Assembly (NCBI GenBank): GCA_030704615.1
Contig: CM060734.1
Coordinates: 48,298,001 to 48,362,000 of the forward strand
Reading direction: 5' to 3'
Length of the DNA stretch: 64,000 bases
Origin: Takakia lepidozioides
Taxonomy: Eukaryota > Plantae > Bryophyta
In this document: positions 32,961 to 47,131 of the stretch, one piece after another
Layout: the number at the start of each line of letters is the position of its first letter
Numbering within the stretch: position 1 is the first letter of the stretch
Translations under genes and position numbers: made by a program
Notes under the pieces: generated by a model
Told to the model about the DNA's origin: nothing
The model's input: only the letters and a program-made list of their open reading frames with translations
The model's database searches: none

Positions 32961-34799
32961 ATGGCAGGGTTTCATCAGGCACCATTGTTTGAATCAGGCA
33001 CTTATGTCTGTCTCTTGCAGGAGTGCATCAAAATTAAGGATCTACAATCGGGAAGGAAAGTGCATGACCACATTATAAAGAGTGGATTCAATCCAAACAA
33101 CTGTCTACTCAACACCCTTGTCAACATGTATACGAAGTGTGGAAGAGTGGTCGATGCACGCCAAGTATTTGACAAAATGCCTAAACGAGATATGTTTACT
33201 TGGAATATAATGATAGCAGGATATGCAAAACAAGGGTGCGGTAGGGAGGCTTTTGAAATCTATGAGCAATTGAGGCAAGAACGGGCAATGCCTGACAAGG
33301 TCACATTCACCAGTGTTCTTCATGCGTGTGCCAGCCTAGGAGCCCTGGAAAAGGGCAAAGAAGTCCATGCTGACATTATCAAGGCGGGAATTGTGCCAGA
33401 TATCATGCTGGAGACTGCCCTTGCTGACATGTATGCAAAATGTGGGAGAATAAATGATGCATGTCGGTTGTTCAACAATATGGCTGCACAAGATGTTGTC
33501 TCATGGAATGCAATGATTGCAGGATATGCTCAGCAGGGTTGTGCTAGGGAGGCATTTGAGATGTATGAGCGAATGATATGGGAAGGGTTGACGCCCGACA
33601 AGGTCACATTCATTTGTGTTCTCAATGTCTGTACCAGCCTGGCAGTCCTTGAAAAGGGCATAGAGGTCCATGCTAACGTCATCCAAGCTAGAATTGCCCC
33701 AGATATCATTCTGGACACCGCTCTTGTCAACATGTATGCCAAATGTGGAAGCATGAAGGATGCATGTCAAGTATTCGACAATATGGCTAAACGGGATGTG
33801 GTATCATGGAGTGCCATGATCGCAGGATATGCTCAGCAGGGGCATGCTGGGGAGGCTTTGGCGACATACGAGCGAATGTTACAGGAATGTGTGACACCTG
33901 ATAGAGTTGCTTTCATTTGTGTTCTCAATGCATGTGCTAGCCAGGGAGCCCTGGCAAAGGGCAAAGAGATCCATGCTGAGATCAGCAAAGCCAGAATCGT
34001 TCCTGATATCATTCTGGAGACTGCCCTTGCTGACATGTATGCCAAATGTGGGAGCATGAAGGATGCACATCTAGTGTTCAACAGTATGGCTCAGCAAAAC
34101 GTGGTCTCATGGAACACAATGATTGGAGGATACATTCAGTATGGTTGTGGTGGGGAGGCTTTGGAGATGTATGAGCAAATGATACAGGAGGACATGACGC
34201 CTGACATGGTCACGTTCACTTCTGTTCTCAATGCTTGTGCCAGCCTGGCAGTCCTAGAAAAGGGCAGAGAGGTCCATGCTGACATCATCAGAGCTGGAAT
34301 TGCACCAGATGTTATTCTGGAGACTGCTCTTGCTGATATGTATGCCAAATGCGGGAGCATGAAGGATGGACGCCAAGTGTTTGACAGTATGACTCGACGA
34401 AATGTGGTCTCGTGGAGTGCAATGATTGGAGGATATGCTCAACATGGGTATGGTAGAGAGGCCCTGCAACTATTCGAACAAATGCAGCAGGAAGGTTTTA
34501 AGCCAGATGTTATCAGCTTTGCATGTGTTATGTCTGCGTGCAGCCATGTGGGCCTAGTGGATGAAGCCCGTCATTACTTGGATTGCATGAGCCGAGATCA
34601 TTGCCTCATTCCTACAGTGGAACATTTTGGCTGCATGGTGGACCTTCTTGGCCGTGCAGGGCAACTGACTGAGGCAGAGGACTTTATCAAGAATATGCCA
34701 ATCAAACCAGATTCTTTAGTTTGGGGGACTCTGCTGGGTGCCAGCCGAATCTACAGTGATGTGGAGGTAGCAGAACGAGCGGCAAAATGCCTTCTGTAG
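32961..34799 (+). CDS. PLS-class PPR protein, paralog of 3074-5188, stops in E1
   Basis: Intronless 612-aa ORF with five P motifs in PLS triplets and EHFGCMVDLLGRAG. Confidence 0.93.
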   Translation: MAGFHQAPLFESGTYVCLLQECIKIKDLQSGRKVHDHIIKSGFNPNNCLLNTLVNMYTKCGRVVDARQVFDKMPKRDMFTWNIMIAGYAKQGCGREAFEIYEQLRQERAMPDKVTFTSVLHACASLGALEKGKEVHADIIKAGIVPDIMLETALADMYAKCGRINDACRLFNNMAAQDVVSWNAMIAGYAQQGCAREAFEMYERMIWEGLTPDKVTFICVLNVCTSLAVLEKGIEVHANVIQARIAPDIILDTALVNMYAKCGSMKDACQVFDNMAKRDVVSWSAMIAGYAQQGHAGEALATYERMLQECVTPDRVAFICVLNACASQGALAKGKEIHAEISKARIVPDIILETALADMYAKCGSMKDAHLVFNSMAQQNVVSWNTMIGGYIQYGCGGEALEMYEQMIQEDMTPDMVTFTSVLNACASLAVLEKGREVHADIIRAGIAPDVILETALADMYAKCGSMKDGRQVFDSMTRRNVVSWSAMIGGYAQHGYGREALQLFEQMQQEGFKPDVISFACVMSACSHVGLVDEARHYLDCMSRDHCLIPTVEHFGCMVDLLGRAGQLTEAEDFIKNMPIKPDSLVWGTLLGASRIYSDVEVAERAAKCLL

Positions 34800-35025
34800 T
34801 AGGATACATAGGACACACAGCTTTTGTTGTGCTATCGAACTTCTACGCTGTGGCAGGTGGAATGAAAGGCAGCAGGTAGGACAATGATGGAGGGGAGAGG
34901 TGTCAGATACAGCCCAGGCGTAGCTGCATTGAGATCATTATAGAAGACAAATAGCATCAGCAAGATTCATGCTGAGCTGAAAATATATCTGGCCAGATGA
35001 AGAAGGCTGAGTACATACGGACAAA
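34800..35025 (+). pseudogene. Decayed E2/E+ extension of the second PPR gene
   Basis: After the stop: AFVVLSNFYAVAG, MEGRGVR...PG..SCIEI and SGQMKKAEY in broken frames. Confidence 0.75.
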
Positions 35026-35465
35026 ACTGATTTATCTCGACCACCTCTTCGTTTCTTACACAGATGCCATGTCAGCACGAGCCACCACTAGCCACTGGAC
35101 AAGCCTCACAGCCTTTTCAAACCAAAAAGCGGACAAGAATGGTGCAAGTGGACAAAATCAAATCATGTTTATCCCTCTCTCTTTCTTGTTTAGGATTTCT
35201 TGTTGAAAGTACTGCACAGTCATGGAGCCTTTTGCTCAGAAAATCATTGTAGGAACTGTAATTGTGCAACTTCCCATTAGGCAGTGGTGTCTTGGCATTC
35301 ATGATGTCTGAAAAAGGAAAGTAATTTATAGTCTGGAAATGTGTACAACATTGTGAAATTGGGTGTGGAACAGTCAAGGTATGCTGCTTCAGCTGTTGGA
35401 CAGGCACTGCCTCCATTGTAACTCACAGATGGAGGATCCAAGCTCACCTGAGTCTGCCTACGACT

Positions 35466-35800
35466 TTGTCTATCTCTCAGTTGATTTCAAGTGAAGATAC
35501 TTCAATGGAAGAATTCCTTGAAACCATCACCAGTCTTGTTGCCCAACTTGCTAGCTTTGGTGAAGAGATCGAGGAGCACATTCTGAATGCATTGCCCGAT
35601 TCATACCTTGCTTATGGAGATTCCATCATGGCTCAGAGGGAGCTCCCAGAACGAAGCCCTGTGGGTGAAGTTGAACTTCAATCACGCGTATAAGAGTACT
35701 CGGGGGGCCAGACTTGCCTCGACCATGAAATCATCAACGGGTACCTGCAACCGATGTGGTAAGGAGAGTCACTGGACGAAGAAATATTGCTCGGTGCCAT
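35466..35800 (+). mobile_element. Ty1/Copia Gag remnant
   Basis: UBN2-like MEEFLETITSLVAQLASFGEEI...LNALPDSY, followed by the knuckle CNRCGKESHW. Confidence 0.6.
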
Positions 35801-36342
35801 ATGACGAAATCATCCGATCTCGATCCCAACAGGCCAACGTCGTGGAGGACATGCCAAAAGAATCTGATGTTTCTACTCTCCTTCCCTCCAAGATAATATC
35901 CTGCTGGCAGCTAATTTGACACTTTGATTAACCTTGCGTGTGTTGAGGCTGTCCCGTTTAATAGTTGCTTCAAGCGTAAGTGCTCACCTGGGTGTGGTTT
36001 TGCCTCTCTTGTTGACCCAGAAAATATCTTGTGTTCACTCGCCACATGTATTGATTTATACTGAGGCGAAATCCCTTTTTGGTGCAGCTGTGAGTGGTGT
36101 GTGGCCATCAGTATGTACAAGGTCAACCCAAGGACCCACAGCAACATGGTGAGAAGTTTGCATGAAAGTGTGGTATAGAGCAACCATTCAAGTAGGGCAG
36201 GTCTATCAATAGAGCAGTTTGCTGCCAAAGATCTGGAATCTGCATGGCTGTACCCACTTCTTTAGATGGAGCATCTGAATATGTTGGTACTTTAGATCAC
36301 ACTGAGATCTGACCTGCAGTGATGACTATGTGGATTTTCCAG

Positions 36343-36745
36343 GAACAGGTGCAACTTGGGGTACGCGTTTGTTAACTTTACCAGCGTGGAGGCAACAAAG
36401 AGGCTCTACAAAGCCTTTCATGCTCAACAATGGGTGGCCTTCAATTCTCGCAAAATTTGCCAAGTCATTTACGCCCGTGTCCAGGTCTGTAATGGCCTTG
36501 GTCAATGTACCGGTCTGGATATTCCAGAAGTGATATTAGAACTCCTGTTACCTTTTAAGTGATGCCTACATACACTTGAATGCAGGTCCACCTTAGTGAA
36601 CAGGGATCTTGTGCATACCACTGGCATATTTTTAAAAGCTACTGTAGTGATTGTACAAAGTTGTAAGTTTAGTCAATGGCTGTTAACGGCATTTGGGTTC
36701 TTACAAGCAGGGAGGAGGCGCACTGGAGGAGCACTTCCGTATCAG
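36343..36745 (+). pseudogene. MEI2-like / TERMINAL EAR1-like RRM3 exon fragments
   Basis: AG|...[47 protein letters not shown]|GT (36343-36484), then AG|GGGALEEHFR from 36711. No upstream RRM exons recognised. Confidence 0.8.
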
Positions 36746-37268
36746 ACGCCAGAGCATGTTGGGACTGTTCATTCTGCATTGCATGAGCTCCCATTTGCAT
36801 TACAAAGGGCGGGCAAGTATCCTGGCCTGTCCGAGCAACAGGCTAGGCCAGAATACTTGCAGTTTGCCCCGCATCTTGGGCCCACATGCAAGCCATACGG
36901 TTGGGCCTGTCAGTGGGTTCAAGTTCCACTTCGGCCTTTGCCATTTCCAAGGTAATAGGTTGGCAATGGAGGGAGCAATTTAATGACTTAGTGGCATACT
37001 TACATTCATTACCTTCCATTTTTTAGTAGCCTACTGGCAAGATTATATCTACGATAGTTAGGCGTTGCACTTTTGGTGGGGGTCCGTGTCACCCCAGCTG
37101 TGTGTCACAGTGCTCTGTGTTACCCCAGCTTGTGTGATTTATGTCAACGTGTCAACCCATGCTTGGTGTATATTCTTTCCTAGGATAACCAAATTGGAAT
37201 ATGGAACCATCACCAATGTGAATCACAGATAAGTACCTAGTCAAAAAGTAAAAGTAAGAGGCCTTTCG

Positions 37269-37475
37269 AATTATGGTGTCTCTTGACACCAAAGGACAAC
37301 TGCCTCCTGGCTGGAGGGTTGGACACCTTGTACATAGTTGGCAACCAAGTTGTAGCCCGATGGTATTGGGCACATACCACCTGGGAAGTGGTCTTGGGTT
37401 CAATCCACTTGTCACAAAGGTGTCCAGTGCCCACCTTCCAGACAATAGCCCTTCAAGTCAAGAGACACCATAATT
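37269..37475. repeat. Fold-back / MITE-like inverted repeat
   Basis: AATTATGGTGTCTCTTGAC (37269-37287) and its reverse complement (37457-37475), with further inner pairing. The right flank resembles about 6437-6510. Confidence 0.65.
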
Positions 37476-40400
37476 TAGGCTTCCTTCAGGAGGCATCATT
37501 ATTATTCTTTCCTAGTAGTACGTTTTATACAGGCAATTTTGCACTTTCAGTGACATTAAATTGGAGTTGGACCGATTGGAGTGACATTCCCTTCCCTATC
37601 ACCCCCACTCCTGTACTTAGTGTTACCCTGCTTGGTGTAGCCCAGCTCTGTTCACCCCAGCTTATGGTTAATGTTACCCTAATTTGAGCTTATCTTCCTG
37701 TAAGCACATTTTGAACTTACCAAATTTGGACTGTGGAGGTACACCAATTCATGATTGGAGTAGCTTTTCAGTGACAGTCACAAAAAGTTGATCATTTCTG
37801 TTTTTTTCCACTGGCATAGTCACAAAATGTTGAGTGATTCTCCAATCTTCTAATGGCTTAACTAGCTTGCTTGTATACTATAGAGCAATGCTCCTCCTAT
37901 ATAGCATTTTTTTTTCATACTACAGTATTGAGCTCAAAGAAAGCTCATGCTTCATGCTTCAACTAAATGTCTGTACAGTTTCTACTGTCCAGGACTACCT
38001 CCAACCAAAGATGACATTGTCGCAGGGTCCTTAACGAAGGTGAATTTAAATGTCGAGTGCGACATGATGTTGCCTTGCAAGAAAGAATTGTGCAATCGAG
38101 CATTGGTAGCTGCAGGATGACTTGTAGCCAGAACCTCAGGTGCATGATGGGCAACCAACTCAGGATCAACTCCAGAAGCAACTATTGCAGAACAAGGAAC
38201 ATCCACAACAGATTTGCCCTCCTCTGGCACTATAGGAGAGGCAGCCACGGTATTGATAGGGGCCTGAGGGACATCCACTTTTGAAATCTGACCAGATGCA
38301 AGCACCTCACCCACGGCAGGAACTGGCAGTGACACTGCAATCGGAACAGGAGCTGGAACTGACGCAGGAACTTGCAGTCTAACAGCAATTGGCACAGAAG
38401 CTGGCACTTCAGATGCAAGAGTGGTGTTGGGAATGGCTTAGCAGAAGGGGGTGTGTCCCCTCAATTCAATGCTCAGCAGGTACCACAGAACGGGGGGCAT
38501 GTCTTCTGCAAACAACGGCCCTGAGTTTTAACAGTGGCCTAAGAAGCATGTTCGCTAATAACTGGAGAGCCAGGCTGCCAGGGTTGGGCGTGGTGTACAA
38601 CGATTGTTTCTTGGTGCTCCAATCTGCAGTCCGAAATCCTCCAGGTTCTGGTGAGTGGAAAAATACGACCTTGGTTTTCTCTCAACCCTGCATAGAATGA
38701 TATATTGTCATAAAAACCCAGAATCCACATCATAATTTACAGGAACGGATTGGGTCACATTACAATGCACAGGTAATATGGGATTTCGCTAGTCCTTGCT
38801 TAATTATGGCCATCATACAGACACTTGCTTTTTGGCAGAGACCCACAGAAGCAGTGTAACTTGAGTCGTGGTCGTAAAAGTAGCTCAGTTTGCACTATTT
38901 CATGGTCAAGATGATTCGAAATCATGGGTTCATCTCGCGGATGCAAAGAATGGTTTTTCCTTGAAAGGGGGCACCCTCCACAGTACAGTCAGCTGCATCA
39001 CTGCCGTTTCTGAGTGTGATCCCTCTAATTGTTTTGTTCAGAAGTCGTCCAAGATTCTGAACAGGAGTGGACACCATTCTCTATATCAAGGAGTGGAGAG
39101 AGGATGGCGGAAAAACATATGCAATACATTGTTCGTTTACCATTCAAGTCTTACTATGCTCAGAGATGCACCTGAAAGTACATGCCATTATTTATTTATT
39201 TATTTATGCCATTATTGACCTTCATGTGGACCATGAATAATTCATTGGGTTTTGTATAATGCTGAACGTCTACTTTACCCCCACCTCCATTGTTGCACCT
39301 CCATTGTCAGCGGCCATATACTTATTGTTTCTCACATGCACGGTTTATCCCAAGTCTTTTCCGAGTTTTTTTGTTTGAATAAGAGAAACACCGGGGAGCG
39401 ACAGCTCACAAATCAGGCCCCTTAAGTATAGTGAGAGCCTAGAGGAGAAAACAACCTACACCGACTTCTTTGCAATGAAAAACTAGTACTACGAGTTGTT
39501 CTTTAATCTTTTAACAAAAGGGAACGGAGACCTGTAATCATTCTGTCAAATTAGTCCTGTCAATTTCGGCTCAATTTGACCATTACAATTTGGGTCTACC
39601 TATAGCTTGAGTCCCTCCAAGTCATTGTTCCATACACTGTTTTCATGCAAAGAATGCAAAGATTAAGTCTATTATTGCTAACCACATGTCATCCATTCTA
39701 TAAAATGCCCATGTGAACTACTACGACCCACTGCTAATGCCTATACTTTTTTTTGTAACTTGACACGATGTAATCCATCCAGAAACAGTCATCCAGCAAC
39801 ATTGGTCTCTCTTGCGGGCGGCAGGACGGCAGGACCAACAACTGCCTGAAGTACATGCAAGCCTTGCCGTATTGTAACAACGAAGAGGTTGTAATAGTGG
39901 GGAAGATCACCACGATGCCTGCACTTTGTGGGACCATTCCATGACCTACAGGGGGACTGCTGATAGGAACCGATGTCAGGGAGAAAAGCGTGGGTGGCAC
40001 TATCTCCAGATCTTGAGCCAGCACCTCTCCAAGGGCTTTGATCTCACCGGGCCGGCATCATCGGCTCTGTTCGCTTTTCATGGATCTGCTACTGCGGCAG
40101 TGGAGTCGAGAGTGGGAGATCTCTGCTCAGATGTTTCAAATTCACCTCTCCTTCAAATTGGGGCAAAGGGTTAGCGATGGCCACGATGCTGCCGTGAATT
40201 GCAGCAATCGGGCAGGAAGGTAGGGGGCCCACTTAGGTGCATTGTGCCACGTGCACTAGGCATTCCTCACAAAATGGATCTGATATACTGGTAACTTATG
40301 AGCTACCAAATTTTCAAGCACATATCAGGCTTGGAGGGTATCGCTATATGCCAGTGTTGGGTAACTGCGTCCTACCGACACGGACCCTACCCTGAACCCA

Positions 40401-41040
40401 AGGGGATACCCGGACCCGGTTTCTACTCGCCTCGCGGGGTTGGCTCCGGGTTTATGCCCACAGTAGCCCACCACCATCTACGGCGTCTATTTATATTGGA
40501 CCACACACTAATATGCTAAAAAATGAATTTCTTGCTCCCTTTTTCTATTGGTCCACACATAGACGTGTGGTAATTGCCGTTTTTCTCTTGGGTTAGGCTA
40601 GGCTCGTCCTCAACAGTGGGTGTGTAATCTACCTTATGGCTTCTCAGGGGTTTTTACTTTTTTTCCTCTTCAATAAAATTATTTGTCAGTGGATTTATTT
40701 TCTTTTATTTTATGAAAAAGGGAGCAGTGCCCGATTGTCAAATTTAAAGGGAAACAATAAAAAATTAGCCGTGAAAGAAAGTCGTGAAGCATAGGAGGGG
40801 GATACCAACTCTGAAACATTTTGTTATTTAATTTTAATTTTTTCCCTGGAAATTTATTATAATAATTATTTGTGGGGAAAAAAATTAAAACCCCGTATTA
40901 ATTTAAAGTGTTGAAAACATGAATTAGCTGCGCCATTTTATTTTTATTTATTTATTCCCAGAAAGGGGAGGTAGCCCTTGAGTATTGGACTGTTTTAAGA
41001 AAAAACTTCCTTGTTATTGTGTTGTGCCATAGGTCCGGAC

Positions 41041-41734
41041 CAGTGTTGGGCGGTTCTTTGGATTTGGGTGAAAGAACCGCCGGTTCCGGACCCGGGTATG
41101 TACCCCCTTAACCTCGGGTATTAAAATTTCAAATGCCCTAGTCAAGATTGAACCGGAGGATACCAAAATCTATTTACCAGTGAACTTCATCGAACCGGGC
41201 GTTCTCTAATAGCTAACACCTACGACCTACGAGTTGGAATGAGAGGGGAGGGTAAGGGTAAATGCACCAACACATGGGTATAAGGGCGATTATCTAAGGT
41301 TAGCGTGGAAGCCTTGAGGAAGAAGGGTAGTGAAAATGCTAGAACCGAATGCCAACATGCCAATAGTGCAATCTAGAGGAAGTTTAGTGTTAGTTGTGCT
41401 AGAAAATGAGTTTAATTATTGACAATTGTGGCCATCTCATACATGCACATTTTTTTATTCTGTCCATAATAACTTTTGAACTCATAACCGGGTCATCTCT
41501 CGGTTCTCTATACGGTTCTCTACCCATATACCCGAGCACCGGATTTGGCGGATAATTGCATTAAAGAACCGGTATAAAACATACATGTGGAAATGTAACT
41601 CAGAGATATACCCTGCACTGCAGGTTTTCTAACTGTCCATATTTTTAAGTACCCCCCCCCTAGGTTCTCTATTTACCTTCCACAAGATAGAACCTACCCT
41701 GCAGGTTCTACCGAAAACCAGAGAACCGCCCAAC
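41041..41734. mobile_element. Non-autonomous TIR DNA transposon (hAT-like ends), right TIR truncated
   Basis: CAGTGTTGGGCGGTTCT at 41041 and AGAACCGCCCAAC at 41722-41734, with subterminal AACCGG/GGTTCT motifs. Confidence 0.6.
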
Positions 41735-41735
41735 T

Positions 41736-44700
41736 ACCACTATCCCAAGTAGTGTGGACACAACCAATCTCTGTCAGGAACCTTCTCAAGAGGTGGTGTC
41801 AAGCATCCCATATGCCAACCCCTTGAGCATCGATCACACACCAGCATGGTGGTTGCCCCTTTGGCAGACCCACAGAGCATGCACCTCAAACCTGCAGGTA
41901 CCACTGCCAAGTTTGGGTCAACTCTGCCATCGACATTGGGAAGGTGACATGGCGCACGATTACGCACATGGTCCTTCCAAGTCATGTCATCCCGACCCTC
42001 CAAGATCAGGACCCCTGAGGGCAACACCTCTCGAACCCTCAGAATAACACGCCCTGTAGTAACATCCAGAGTCGTAGGAGCAGTCTGCTGCAAATAAACA
42101 TAGTCACCAGGGCTAAACCTCCGAACCCCAGGACGATATCCTCCACCACGTATAGTGGCATACCTCAACGTATCACGGTGCTGTGCAATGGCAAGATTCT
42201 CAAAAGCCATGGGCATGACTTTCTTGAACAACTTTGCACGCTGATCACATGCACGTACCCACACGTCCGGATCGTCAAGGTTAAGGACTTGAGCAGTGTC
42301 CCTACGAATGGCTGCAGGCAAATCCGGTTCTCGGCCAAAGAGAAGGAAATATAGTGAGAAGGAGGCAAGTGATGCTTGTTTGCTGAACCTGTAGCCCATG
42401 GCTAACCAAGGAACCTGAAGATCCCAATATCTTAGGTGTCCCTTCTGTAAGCCATACTTGCGTAAACCCCTCTTCACCGTCTGAACAACTCTCTCTGCCA
42501 AGCCATCGGCCTCATGATGATCCCGAGAAGTGGTGCGGTGGTCTATCAAGGCTTTATCACACAAAGCCTGAAACTCCCCCAAGAACTCTCTCCCTTGGTC
42601 CGTGAGTACCTCAGCTGGAGCACCAAATCGGCTAAGCACACGATCCAAGAATGCATACGCAGCCCCCTCACTAGCTTTGTCAGGCAATGGAACCAACTCA
42701 ATCCACTTGGAGAAGTGCTCCACCATCACCAACATATATCTGTGGTGGCGCATAGTCAGTGGCAACGGTCCTACGAAGTCAAAACTCCACCTGTAGCCCA
42801 ATCCCATAATTGGTAAAGGATGCAACTATGGTGTAGGGGCGTTGAATGAAGCACGCACCCTGTCACACACCATGCACCTAGCCACAAACTGTTGCACCTC
42901 TGTATGCATACCACGCCACCAATACTGCCCCTGCAGTAAACTGTGAGTGCGTCGCACTCCAAAATGCCCCAACTCCTCATGGGCATGCCGCACCAACCGT
43001 GCACGCTGTGTGGGGTGAGGCACAATCCTCACCCGACCATCCTCCCACACTCGAAGTATGTATCCCCTCCTATTTGAACCTCTTGGCTCGTTGCAGGATC
43101 CGATCCCTCTCCCTGGCAGTCACAATGGCTGCCGTGTCTCCCGTGCGGAGGTAGTCCAACACAGCCGAATCCTCATGTATATCTTTGGCACCACCTAGCT
43201 CATCACTAGCCTCAAGGTCCTCAGACACTCCATCTATAGTCATCCCTGTTGTAGGTCCAACCTGACCTCCCGATGCCAAGATACACAAAAATGCAGATGC
43301 GTGCCATCCCGGCACCATCTCCTCGTCCGTCTCACCATGCCACCGAGCTCCAGTGTCATCTTGCTGGCTCGTGCATGGATTGCGACTCAATCCATCCGCA
43401 TCCCGATTGTCCAAACCCGGTCGATGCACAACCTGTAAGTCATACTCCTGCAGTATGAGTGCCCACCATGCAAGCTTCCCCGTAAGCTTGTCTGACTCCA
43501 TCAACCACTTGAGTGGCTGGTGATCCATGACAAGGGTGAAAAGATTGTCGTATAGATAGCACCTGAAGTGTGCCACGGCCCACACTGCAGCTAAGCACTC
43601 TCCCTCATATGAACTGTACTTAGCCTCTGCAGCGTTGTTCGAGCGGCTAGCATAAGCCACTACGAACTCTCTTCCCTCATCATCCACCTTTGTGAGCACT
43701 GCTCCAAGCCCCAACATGCTCCAATCCGTATGCAGCTGAAAGGGACGCCCCCTGATAGGTCGTCTCAGGATAGGCGCCGAGGTCAACCTCGCCTTGAGCT
43801 CTTGAAAAGCTCGTTCCTGCTCAACTTCCCACTGCCACTCCTGGTCCACCTTGGTCAGCTTGGTTAGAGCCTTTGTAATGGTACTAAATCCCTTGACAAA
43901 CCGTCTATAATTTGCCAACCCCATGAAAACTCGAACTCGGCTCACATCCGTGGGCGTGGAATTTGTGCAATGGCCTCTACCTTAGTCTGTGTACCCCCAA
44001 TCCTCCAGGATATATCATGTGACCCAGATACTCAATCTGGTTGTGGAAAAACTTGCACTTCCCCGGATGCAACTTCAATCCGTGCGCTCTCAAGCGCTCC
44101 AATACCACCTGAAGGTGTCTCTCATGCTCCTCCACCATAACACTAAAGATGATGATGTCATCTATGTAGCACCGAGCAAAGTCCACCCCTGCTAGAATTC
44201 TATCCATGACTCTCTGAAACTCTGCAGGAGCATTCTTAAGCCCAAATGGTAAGAACCGCCACTAATATAGGCAATCCTTGCCGTGCTCATTGATCCCCCA
44301 GAATGCCGTCTTCTGCTTGTCCGCCTCCTTGATTGGCAACTGGTGATATCTGGATCGTAAATCCAAAGTGCTCAAGACCTTAGCATGCCCGATGGCATCA
44401 AAGATCTCCTCTGTTGGCATGGCATACTTATCGGACTTGGTCTGACGATTTACAGGCCGGTAATCACCGCACATACGTCTCTCCATCCAATTGCCATAGA
44501 CATCCTTCTTGGCTAGCATCACTGTGGCTAAAGCATACTCTCTACCAGAGAGCTCCACCAAACTTGCCTCCCAGAGATCTTGAGTCCTCATCTGAATCAA
44601 ATACCTCTCCATGTCACTGTATCTATAGGGTCTCCAAAAGATTGGCGTGTCAGTAGCCAACTCAATACGGATCTCTTGACCCTTCAGTGCTCCCAAGTCC

Positions 44701-47131
44701 TTCAAACTGAAGGCAAAGCAATTCCTATAAGCCCTCAGGAACCGCCGTATACGTCGTCTCTCTCCTCCGGTGACAATGGGTCCAATGTCAGGCTCCCAAT
44801 TGTCCTCCGTAACTGCAACCTTAAGTCCAGTGGGCTTAGAGGTAGAGGACGCGTCTAGTGGTTGCTATGTTGCAACCTCTTGAGCAGTACTCCCTACCTG
44901 CTCAGTCAGTGACAAAGCCTCATCCTGCCCCATCATCTCATCCTCAAGGACTTCCTCCACCCGAGAAAAATCCCCAACCTCATCTATCACTGCCACCTTG
45001 GCTGCCAACTCCCTCTGAACCTCGAGCACCTCCCACGTGTGCCATGGATGCCTACACCCCGTGGTCCTCACATGCTCGCCCCCACTCACTGCCTGTACCG
45101 TCTCGGTAGGCAGAGAGACCATCGAGGGAAGTGTACTCCGCACTCTGCGTTGCTCAGCCATAGCCAAGCTGATAATCCAGGTCAAGCAATTGAGATCCAT
45201 TGCTTGCCCCAACACCTGACGACGTGATGCCTCAGAAAGAGACGACACCGCCGTGGTACCAGTGGTAAAACCCATTGTCCGCTCATGCTCGTCAGCATTA
45301 GGCTCTACTAACTGCTGCAACTGAGCATCCCACAGGAGGCCAACCCGGAAAGCATGCGATCCTGGGAAGCTGAGCAGTGTAGGTAATGCTGCTCGTGGTT
45401 GACCCACTTTGTTGACCCATCTTGTTGACCACTGCCAAAGGCGAACGGTCATCATGTCTCACACGCTGAGACTGCCTCCCTGTGTCTAGAATGCTATCCA
45501 CTGTGAGATGTGCTAGCCGCTGCACCCCATCAAATGCACGCTTGAGCAGTGCGGGTGGCATCAAGTTAGTCCACCATAGCCGTGGATGATGAGCCCGTGA
45601 CCCCACTATAGCTGCATCTAGCAACACTGCTGACCCAAGCCACGACCGGACTTGATGCACACTGGCCATCACCCTGGCCTAAGAATCGCCCATCAGTGGC
45701 ACATTCTCTAAGATGTATGCTGGAGATACAGCTGAATGCCATTGGCAGGGCCAACCTGCCACTACCAGATCAATGGAGCCAACCCGCTCCAAATCATGCG
45801 CCCCCAGCAACGAAATGTCTGCTGGCAAGGCCTGCTGATATCCACGAACTGCAGACACCGGCAACAACTCAGGGTACCGCTGCACCAATTGAGCAACATG
45901 ACAAAGTGAAATGCGTCGTGCAGTCTCATCCCTCTCCACATACAGGTAACGCCGAACTCGTGCACCTACCTGTAACACTGCAGCCAATCCGGTGTTGATC
46001 CCGCTAAACAAATCCAGAAGACAAATGCCTTCATCCGGATACTGCCACACAATAGGTGTGGTGTCCAATGGAGACAACTGAGGTGGTCCTGGTGCAATTC
46101 CTTGTACTCTCTTCCTCTCCTGATGGTACAAAAGCCTCCACCTAGGCTTATTGCACCCGTCGATCAGCATCCCACTGCAAATCCTTGCTCGTGCCCCCCA
46201 ATGGAGTCTGAGCAACCATGGTAGGCAACTCCGCCATACTATACATGTCATCCTGCTCTCCCAGAGGTGGCACATCCTCTGAATAAGCGTTGCCCTCAAG
46301 CAACTCTCCAGGCCAACTCACTGCCGTTGTGAATGCTGCTAGTGTCGGCATCTTGCCTCGCTAGGCAACCGCAACTCCTCCTATGAACGTCACAGGGAGC
46401 TGCACAGGCCGGCCCTCCCCTGACTGCCATCCAGGCCTATAGGAAGCTGACTCCTCCCAAAAATCCAGGGTGAAGCCCATGGGGTACAACACTGCCCACC
46501 AACTAGGACATCGTACGAGACCGCGTCTGTCACAATGGCCTTGGCTCGCATCACTGAGCCATCTGTAGGGTGATCCGGCCGTAGTCTGATAGCCAACTCA
46601 TGCCGTGTCATGCCCCGAGCCTGCTCCAATCCTCCCAGAGACGTCTATATCTGGAAAGGACAAGGCTCCATATCCGCCTCCGTGAGGCCCAAGCCTGCAA
46701 TAGTACCTCTGCCCAACATCAATGGCTGAGCTCCTTAGTCCAACAAGACCCGCAGTGGCCGGTACCTCTTGCCTGCCGGTCCACTCAAACAGAAAATGCC
46801 ATCCTGGTTGTCTAACATGACAACTCCAGGTGTCACCATGGCGCGCTCAATGGCTGGCCTAGCTGGCAGCTCCATCAACCTAGCAGCTGCAGCTTGTCAT
46901 GGCGCCGCTGTGGCAGTCTTGACCCTCACATCCGAGGATCCCTCCGGCGCTAGGCTGGGTGAGGCTCAACTCGAGAAATATGAGCCTCCCGCGCTTGCCG
47001 TGAAGATAACCACTCCAGGGCCTAAATCTGCCTTGACCCCTGGATTGACATTTGGGCCAATCCCAAATGTCAATATGTGAAAGCTAGCTATTTCCTAGCT
47101 AGTTTCACACTAGTGGTAAAATAACTTGACA
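41736..47131 (-). mobile_element. Duplicate of E2 (part of A1, then a ~4.7-kb deletion, then PR-DNMT-RT-RH-IN-PHD)
   Basis: Reverse complement of 16058-~16240 joined to ~20952-26098. Integrase-PHD ORF 41740-42825 is open. It shares the E2 MTase deletion. Confidence 0.9.

Noticed and set aside
37982-38407. Pro/Ala/Val-rich ORF
   Set aside because: Low-complexity short repeats with no supporting domain.
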